This document shows, one piece after another, positions 10,017 to 17,500 of a stretch of 51,785 nt of DNA (position 1 is the stretch's first letter; the number at the start of each line of letters is the position of its first letter). Both the position numbers and the translations under genes were made by a program. The stretch spans positions 1-51,785 of the forward strand of contig JBBQSO010000033.1 in assembly GCA_038213805.1 (NCBI GenBank), written 5' to 3'. The notes under the pieces are model-generated. The model worked only from the letters and a program-made list of their open reading frames with translations. It did no database searches and was not told the origin of the DNA. Source of the stretch: Planctomycetota bacterium. Lineage in GTDB: Bacteria > Planctomycetota > UBA11346.

Positions 10017-10190
10017 CCCCCAACAACGTGCTTCGCGCGGCTCCGCCAGACCCCATGAGCAGGCTTGGTTGACAGGCTGCGGATCCAACGCGGTTCCCTG
10101 CATCGCACCGGGTGAATTTCAATCCATGCGGCAACCCACTGGCTGTGGATGCTGCCTCGCTCCACACGAAGCGATGTTGGTGCTGGGGGG
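10017..10190 (+). ncRNA. Candidate 6S RNA (ssrS-like rod-shaped RNA); strand tentative
   Basis: 174-nt intergenic segment whose ends pair (CCCCCA..CAACGT-GCTTCG with CGAAGC-G-ATGTTG..TGGGGG). Inner stems GAGCAGGC/GCCTCGCTC and GGCTGC/GCAACC flank a bubble. GACCCCATGAGC and GGCAACCCAC..GTGG resemble 6S motifs. Confidence 0.5.
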
Positions 10191-10310
10191 ATCGTCAGGT
10201 TTGACTCCTCGACGCAGGGGCGAAGGATCACCCGCCGGTTCGATTGCGGAACCATGGGTCATGTGGTCACCTTCAGCTGAAGGCGGATCGGCCCGCCACC
10301 TGGAGCGTCC

Positions 10311-11237
10311 ATGAGACATCGCCTGCCCACCCTGATGCTCCTCGCTGCGCTCGTGGTCGTGGTCACGTCGCCGGCGCGTGCGGCGGATGAGGACTGGCAC
10401 CAGGTCAGCGATTTCCCGGCGGTGGGGCTGCATGCCTTCGGGAACACCGTGGTGGCGTGGGACCAGGTGCGCTACGCGGTGTCTGTCGATGGCGGGCAAT
10501 CGTGGTCGAATGCCGTCGCCATCGCAAGCGGCGGGCTCGCCCAGGGCCAGCCGCTGCCGGTGCATCAGGCGGTGGTCGCGGCCAGCGGGCCGGTGGTGCT
10601 TGCCCAGACCGGAGTGGTGCTGGGCGTCGCTGGGGGGCGGACGGTGCCGCTCGGCCTGCCGGCGGCCAGCGCGCTCGCCGTCGACGGCGCGGGACGGCTC
10701 TGGATCGAAGGCGTCGACGGCACCATCGCCGTGCTCGATGGGGTGGTGAAGCCGATCGGCAGGGGCCGCATCTACCGCGCCCTCGACGGCGGCGTGCTCG
10801 CCCAGACCGGGGGCAAGGACCTGGTCCTGCTCACCCCGGCCGGAGCGCAGCCGGTCGAAACCCAGACCGACCAGCTGCCGCCGGTGTTCCAGCTCGCGCC
10901 CCTGACCGGCAAGGGCGGCGACCGCTGGGTGACCAAGGCGGGGGCGAGCTGGACGCTCGCCCATGGCAAGGTCGCCAGCACCTCCGATCGCCCGGTGAAG
11001 ATCCTCAGTTACGGCTTCGCCGCCGACGGCTACCACGACCTGGTGGTGTGGAAGGGCCTGCAGATCAGCGTCATCAATCATGGCGCGCTCGCCCCGCAAC
11101 GCCGCACCCGCCACCTGCCCGCGACCGCCACCCTGCTGGGCATGACCACCGACCGCTTTATCGCGGTGACCCCGGAGGGGTTGTGGACGGTCTCAATCGA
11201 AGCGACGAACGGGCCTGGGCCGGTGCCGACCAGGTGA
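10311..11237 (+). CDS. Secreted hypothetical protein, beta-rich / possible beta-propeller
   Basis: Sec signal peptide (MRHRLPTLMLLAALVVVVTSPARA), Asp-box-like SVDGGQSW and LAVDGAGRLWI blade motif; GGAG RBS. Confidence 0.7.
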   Translation: MRHRLPTLMLLAALVVVVTSPARAADEDWHQVSDFPAVGLHAFGNTVVAWDQVRYAVSVDGGQSWSNAVAIASGGLAQGQPLPVHQAVVAASGPVVLAQTGVVLGVAGGRTVPLGLPAASALAVDGAGRLWIEGVDGTIAVLDGVVKPIGRGRIYRALDGGVLAQTGGKDLVLLTPAGAQPVETQTDQLPPVFQLAPLTGKGGDRWVTKAGASWTLAHGKVASTSDRPVKILSYGFAADGYHDLVVWKGLQISVINHGALAPQRRTRHLPATATLLGMTTDRFIAVTPEGLWTVSIEATNGPGPVPTR

Positions 11238-11249
11238 GAAGAAGCCGCG

Positions 11250-11441
11250 GATGGCTGATGGCTGATAGCTAATGGAGTCTTGTCCGAGGAGGTTCGCGCG
11301 TTCGCGATGTTCTGCCTCCTGCGGGTCGGCGAGGCAGCGCGCAGCGTCGCCTCGCCATCAGCCATCAGCCATCAGCCATCAGCCATCAGCCATCAGCCAT
11401 CAGCCATCAGCCATCAGCCATCAGCCATCAGCCATCAGCCA
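11250..11441. repeat. Heptamer tandem repeat (GCCATCA)x12 with an inverted degenerate arm upstream
   Basis: 12 perfect units at 11354-11437; reverse-complement units GATGGCT GATGGCT GATAGCT AATGG at 11250-11275. Confidence 0.95.
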
Positions 11442-11487
11442 GCCCGATTCCTGATGACCGCGGTCCGCTCCGGCTTACGCTCACACC

Positions 11488-12285
11488 ATGGACCCGTTCC
11501 TCCACGCATTGATCGCCATGCCCACGGCGATCTATTCCGGTCTGCTGGCATTGGTGCTGCTGTACTGGCTGTCGGTGATCGTCGGTGCGCTCGATCTCGA
11601 CCTGCTGCACCTGGGCGGACATGGCCATCTCGACGTCGGGCACGGCGGTGCCGGTCATGGCGGTGGCGCGGGGCACCACGACGCTGACACGGGCGTCGGC
11701 GGTCACGAGGCGCATGGCTTCTTCGAGTTCCTCTCGCTCGGCCAAGTGCCGATCACCATCACCGCCACCGGCATCGTCTTCCTCGCCTGGCTGCAGGCCA
11801 TGGCACTTGATCTCGGCCTGCGCACGACCGTCGAGCCGTGGGTCGGCCACCTGCTCTTCGCGCTGCTGCTCGCGGCGGTCTGCGTGCCGGCGGTGATCAT
11901 CACCGGCTACGCCGTGCGGCCGCTGCGGCGGATCTTCACCATGTACGACGAGCATGGCGAAGCCTCACTGGTCGGCCGGCCGGTGCGCATCACCTCGTTG
12001 GTGGTCGACCAGGGCTTCGGCACCGCCGCGGTCGCGGCGCAGGGGCCGGAACTGCTGCTCAACGTGGTGTGCCGCGAAGGCGTGCGCCTCGCCAAGCACG
12101 ACATGGCGGTGGTCGTCGACTACCTGCCGCACCGCGCAGTCTATGTGGTCGCGCCGTACGCGCACCTGGAACCGGACGCCGTGGACGGCCTGCTGCGTCC
12201 ACCGGCGGATGGCGATGCGGCGGGCGCGCCACACCCCGCGGCGGGACCGGTTTCGCTGGAAAGCCGCCGCGCCCCTCCACAGTGA
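11488..12285 (+). CDS. YqiJ/DUF1449-like (NfeD-type OB-fold) membrane protein, flotillin partner
   Basis: Three hydrophobic helices, a His/Gly-rich loop, the LGQVPITI motif and a C-terminal SLVGR...ITS...GFGTA OB-fold-like region; directly upstream of the flotillin. Confidence 0.8.
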   Translation: MDPFLHALIAMPTAIYSGLLALVLLYWLSVIVGALDLDLLHLGGHGHLDVGHGGAGHGGGAGHHDADTGVGGHEAHGFFEFLSLGQVPITITATGIVFLAWLQAMALDLGLRTTVEPWVGHLLFALLLAAVCVPAVIITGYAVRPLRRIFTMYDEHGEASLVGRPVRITSLVVDQGFGTAAVAAQGPELLLNVVCREGVRLAKHDMAVVVDYLPHRAVYVVAPYAHLEPDAVDGLLRPPADGDAAGAPHPAAGPVSLESRRAPPQ

Positions 12286-12342
12286 TGGTTCCCTGCCCTG
12301 CGCGATACCGGCGCATGGCAGGCACCACCCAGGAGCGCGATC

Positions 12343-14436
12343 ATGGCTGATATCATCACCGTCGCAGACGGCACCGGCAACATGCTTATCCTCGGCGCCG
12401 CCGCGGTGGCGGTCGTCGGGGTGTTCGGCCTGGGCATGCTGATCATGGTCAAGAGCTGCTACCGCAAGGTCGACCAGGGCTTCGCGATGATCGTCAACAA
12501 GCTCAAGAAGGAGCCCGACGTCACCTTCACCGGCGCGCTGATCATCCCGATCATCCACCGCGTCGAAATCATGGACATCTCGCTGAAGACCATCGAGGTC
12601 GACCGCCAGGGGACCAACGGCCTGATCTGTTTGGACAACATCCGCGCCGACATCAAGGTGACCTTCTTCGTGCGCGTCAACAAGACCACCGAGGACGTGC
12701 TCAAGGTCGCCGGCGCGGTCGGCGTGGTGCGCGCCAGCGATCGCGGCACCCTTGAGGAGCTCTTCCAGGCGAAGTTCTCCGAGGCGCTCAAGACCGTCGG
12801 CAAGAAGATGAACTTCATCGACCTCTACAACGAGCGTGACCAGTTCAAAGACCAGATCGTGCGCATCATCGGCCGCGATCTCAACGGCTACAGCCTGGAG
12901 GACGCGGCCATCGACTTCCTCGAGCAGACCCCGCTCAAGCTGCTCGATCCCGACAACATCCTCGACAGCGAAGGGCGCAAGAAGATCATCGACCTGACCA
13001 CCCAGCAGCGCATCAAGGCCAACGAGATCCAGCGCGAGGGCGAGAAGATCATCAAGAAGCAGGACGTCGAGACCCGCGAAGTGCTGCTGGCGCTCGAGCG
13101 CCAGCAGGCCGAGGCCGAGGCCAAGCAGCGTCGCGAGATCGCCACCACCCAGGCGCGCGAGACCGCCGAGCAGCAGAAAGTGCAGTTCGAAGAGCACAAG
13201 CGCGCCGAGGAGGCGCGCCTGTCGACCGAACAGGAGCTTGGCATCCTGCGCGAGAACTCGCAGCGCGAAGTCGAGGTCGCCGCCAAGAACCGCGAGGGCG
13301 CGGTCGCGGTCGAGGGCGAGCGTATCGAGAAGAATCGCAAGCTTGAGGCCATCAACCGCGAGCGCGCGGTCGAGCTCGGCACCATCGAGAAGGAGAAGGT
13401 CATCGCGGTCGAGCGGAAGAACATCGCCGAGGTCATCCGCGAGCGCGTCGCGGTCGAGAAGAAGGTCGCCGAGGAGGAGGAGCGCATCAAGGACGTGCGC
13501 GCAAGCATGACCGCTAACCGCGAGAAGGAGGTGGCCGTCACCAAGGCCACCCAGGAGGCCGAGCAGTCGCGCATCAAGTCCGTCAAGGCGGCCGAGGCCG
13601 GCGAGCAGTCCGCGGCCTTCGCCGCGCGCCAGCAGCTGGTCCTGGCCGACGCCGACCTGAATGCCGCCGAGAAGGGCGCGCAGGCCGCGGTGCGCCGCGC
13701 CGAAGGCCACCAGGCCGAGGCCGCCGCCGCCGGACTGGCCCAGGCCAAGGTCAAGGAGGCCGACGCCATCGCCTCCGAGAAGCAGGGCTTGGCCCACGCC
13801 CGCGTCGCCGAAGCCGATTCCGAGGCGGCGCGCAAGCGCGGCCTGTTCGAGGTCGAGGTCCGGCAGGCCTCGGCGCGCGCCATCACCGAGGTTGGCCAGG
13901 CCGAGGCCTCCGCAGTCGAGCAGCGCATGCTCGCCGAGGCCAAGGGCTTGACCGAGAAGTCCACGGCCATGGCCAAGCTCACCGGCGAGACGCGCGGGCA
14001 CGAGGAGTTCCGCATGCGCCTCGAAAAGCAGGTCGAGATCGAGAAGCAGCGCATCGCCGGCGACGTCACCATCGCCGAGAGCCGCGCGCACGTCCTGGCG
14101 GAGTCGATGAAGAACGCCAAGTTCGAGATCATCGGCGGCGACGGCCAATTCTTCGACCGCTTCGTCAAGGCCATGGCCCTGGGCAAGGGCATCGACGCCA
14201 CGGTGGCGTCGAGCGAGGTCATCCAGCACCTTGGCCGCGAGTACCTGGAAGGCGGGCGCAGCCTGCCCGACGATCTCAAGGGGGCGCTCGCCGGGCTGGG
14301 CAGCAATGACCTCAAGAACCTGTCGCTGACCGCCGTGCTGCAGCGCATGCTCCACGGCAAGGACCCGGCCAAGGTCGGCGCGCTGCTGAAGCAAGCGCAG
14401 ACGCTCGGGCTGCTCGACAGCGGGGACGGGGCGTGA
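12343..14436 (+). CDS. Flotillin/SPFH family protein (YqiK-like) with long coiled coil
   Basis: N-terminal TM, SPFH region (EIMDISLKTIEVDR..GLICLDNIRADIKVTFFVRV) and several hundred residues of E/A/K/R-rich coiled coil; AGGAG RBS. Confidence 0.9.
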   Translation: MADIITVADGTGNMLILGAAAVAVVGVFGLGMLIMVKSCYRKVDQGFAMIVNKLKKEPDVTFTGALIIPIIHRVEIMDISLKTIEVDRQGTNGLICLDNIRADIKVTFFVRVNKTTEDVLKVAGAVGVVRASDRGTLEELFQAKFSEALKTVGKKMNFIDLYNERDQFKDQIVRIIGRDLNGYSLEDAAIDFLEQTPLKLLDPDNILDSEGRKKIIDLTTQQRIKANEIQREGEKIIKKQDVETREVLLALERQQAEAEAKQRREIATTQARETAEQQKVQFEEHKRAEEARLSTEQELGILRENSQREVEVAAKNREGAVAVEGERIEKNRKLEAINRERAVELGTIEKEKVIAVERKNIAEVIRERVAVEKKVAEEEERIKDVRASMTANREKEVAVTKATQEAEQSRIKSVKAAEAGEQSAAFAARQQLVLADADLNAAEKGAQAAVRRAEGHQAEAAAAGLAQAKVKEADAIASEKQGLAHARVAEADSEAARKRGLFEVEVRQASARAITEVGQAEASAVEQRMLAEAKGLTEKSTAMAKLTGETRGHEEFRMRLEKQVEIEKQRIAGDVTIAESRAHVLAESMKNAKFEIIGGDGQFFDRFVKAMALGKGIDATVASSEVIQHLGREYLEGGRSLPDDLKGALAGLGSNDLKNLSLTAVLQRMLHGKDPAKVGALLKQAQTLGLLDSGDGA

Positions 14437-14522
14437 GCGCCCACCTGCGCGCCGCCGTGCCTAGAGCGGCGCGCGCGTCCGCGCCTAAAACCCGGTAAGT
14501 CCGCAGCGGGACCCCGTCCTGC

Positions 14523-14550
14523 GCCTCTCGCCTCTCGCCTCTCGCCTCTC
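14523..14550. repeat. Heptamer tandem repeat (GCCTCTC)x4
   Basis: Four perfect units between the flotillin and ATPase genes. Confidence 0.9.
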
Positions 14551-14578
14551 GCTTCCCGCCACTCCCCCGCACACGCCG

Positions 14579-17500
14579 ATGGCCGATCCCGCACCCACCC
14601 TTGACTCCGGCACCTACGAGGTGGTCCGCCAGCGCCTTGACGCGCTTGGCGCGACCCTGCTCGAACGCGTCGGCGCGCTCAACGCGAAGCGCCTGGAGGT
14701 GTTCGGCGCGGCGGGCATGCAGCTGCTCGCCACCGAGCACGTGCGCACCGAGCACAACTGCATTCCGCGCGACATCCTGGCGATCGGCGACCGGCTGATT
14801 CTCGGTTACCAGGTGCACCTCGGGCTGAAATCGGCGACTGCGGTCGGCGACGTCTTCGCCGAACAGGTGGTCGCCGGAACCACCTTCACCCCGGCGCCGC
14901 GCGCGCTGCTCACCGGCGCGGCCTTCGAGAAGGACTTCGCCGAACTCTTCCAATACTACAAGAACGCGCGCCTGCTGCAGCTGGTGCGCAGCGACACGCA
15001 CGTGCTCGCCGCCTTCCAGACCGGTCAGCGCATCAGCGACGTGCGCGTGCTGCGCTGGGCGCTTGCGGCGGACGGGGCCGGCTTGGCCTACGTCGACAAC
15101 CGCGGCGCCGCGGATTACGCCTTCCCGCCCAGCCACGACTTCACCTGGGTGCGCACCACGCGCGAGGACCACGTCCAGGGCGCGCACCCGCACGTCAACA
15201 TCCTCGACACGGTGTTCGTCGAGAGCATCCACGGCGACGTCACCATCAAGATCGAGAACAACACCGCGACCGGCACCGGCATCCTCAGCGACCCGGTCAA
15301 GGACACCAACCAGGGCCTGGACGACGCCGAGATCAGCTATGCGAAGCTCGAGAGCTGCATACTTATCCGCATCCGCCCGTACCGCGAGAACGAGCACCGC
15401 CACTACGTCTACAACATCCTCACCCACGAGGCGCTGCGCATCGACGCCATCGGCGCGAGCTGCCAGCAGCTGCCCGAGGGCCACGGCCTGATCTTCCCCG
15501 GCGGCTACTACCTGGCGAGCGGCGTCAGCAAGGTCTTCCCCCAGGATTTCGTCGGCATGCAGTTCGTGCGCGCGATGCGTGCGCCGAACGGCGAGGACCT
15601 CGCCTACATCTATTATGAGCACGAGCAGGGCGTCTACATCATCCTGCGCTACAACCTCATCACCCGCGAGGTCGAGCAGCCGCAGGTGTGCAACGGTTAC
15701 ACCTTCTTCGCCGACGGCCGCCTGGTGGTGTTCCGCGCCAACCCCGAGCCCGCGCGCCTGCACGCCATGCAGGTCTGGCAGACGCCCTTTGTCGCGGATG
15801 AGACCGCCGCGGCGGCGCCGCCCGACTCGCCGCTCGGCCGCATCGGCAACCGCGAACTGGTGCGCGGCATCAGCGACCTGCGCAACCTGCAGCGCCTGAT
15901 CGCCAACCAGCGGCCGACGCGCGAGGCCTATGCCGACCTGCTCAAACAGGTGGTGCGCATCGGCGATTCCTACCACTGGCTGGACGATGAGGACAGCGGC
16001 GGCATGAAGCCACTGCTTGGCGAGGTGCGCGCCGCGGTCAACGCCGCGATCGGCGAGTTCGAGAAGGTCCTCCAGCTCACCGCACAGGCCGCCGGACAGG
16101 TCGCCGGCCTGGAAGCCGCGGCCGCCGAGCTGCTGCGCGCGCAGGCGCTGGAGACGCGCACCACCATCGACGCGTTCGTGCTGCCGCTCGCCGCCCTGCG
16201 GCGTAGCCGCGGCGCGGTGGCGAGCGCGCGCACCCTGCGCCACGTCGACGCCGCGCGCCTCGACGCGCTCGACCAACGTCTGGCGGCGGCGGCGGCCGAG
16301 CTGGCGGCGGCGGCGGTGGCCTTCCTCCTTCAGGAGCAGGCGCTCGCCTCCTATCACGCCGAACTCGCGGCGCTCGAGGCCCAGGCGGCGACGGTGACGA
16401 CGGTCGCGGCCGCGCAGCCGCCGACCGCGCGCTGTGGCGAACTCGGGGCGGCCCTCGACCTGCTGGTCGAGACCGTCAACGGCCTCGATATCGCCGACGC
16501 CACCGCGCGCACCGGCATCCTTGAGCGCATCGCCCAGGTCTACGCCGGTCTCAACCGCGTGCGCGCGCTGCTCGACGGGCGGCGCCGGTCGCTCGGCGCG
16601 CGCGAAGGGCAGGCCGCCTTCGCTGCCCAGCTCGCGCTGCTCGCCCAGGCGGTAGCGAACGCGGTGGCGCTGTGCGCGACGCCCGAGGCCTGCGACGAGT
16701 TCCTCGGCCGTCTGATGCTTCAGCTCGAGGAGCTCGACGGCCGCTTCGCCGATGTCGAGGACTTCACCGCCGCGCTGGCGGCCAGGCGCGAGGAGGTCTA
16801 CGAGACGCTGTCCGCGCGCAAGCAGGCGCTGCTCGACGAGCGCCAGCGCCGCGCCGATGGCCTCGGCCGCGCCGCCGAGCGCGTCATCGGCGGCATTGCC
16901 AAACGCGCCATAAGCTTCGCCACGAACGACGAGCTGAACGCCTACTTCGCCGCCGATGCGATGGTGCTGAAGGCGCGCACGGTGATCGCCGAGCTGCGCG
17001 GCCTGGGCGCGACGGTGCGCGCCGACGATTGCGAGGGGCGCATAAAAGCCGCGCGCGAGACCGGCGCGCGCGCGCTGCGCGACCGCGGCGAGCTGTTCGA
17101 AGGCGAGGCGGTCAAGCTGGGCCGCCACCGCTTCAGCGTCAACACCCAGGCGCTCGAGCTGACCATGCTGGCGCGCGCCGGCGGCGACGGCCGCACCGCG
17201 ATGTGGTTCCACCTCGTCGGCAGCGATTACTTCAGCCCGGTCGAAGACGCGGCCTTCGCCGCGACCAGCGGCTTCTGGACGCAGGAGCTGCCCAGCGAGA
17301 ACCACGCGATCCCGCGCTGCGCCTACCTCGCCTGGCAGGTCCTGGCCGGGGCCGAGGCTGGCGCCGAGCTGCAGCACCTTGCCGAGGCGGCCACCGACCC
17401 GGCGCGCCTGCTCGAGGCGGTGCGCGCCGTCGCCAGCCAGCACCATGACCACGGTTATGAGCGCGGCATCCACGACGCTGACGCGGCGCGCATCGTCGCC

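Noticed and set aside
10183..10254. tRNA/tmRNA-like fragment (GGTTCGATT...ACCA)
   Set aside because: The T-stem is not complementary (GCCGG vs GCGGA) and no cloverleaf or acceptor stem can be built.
11354..11437. Possible CRISPR array
   Set aside because: 7-bp units without spacers, and no cas genes in the window.
11272..11687. ORFs with (SAISHQP)n repeats
   Set aside because: Translation artefact of the GCCATCA DNA repeat.
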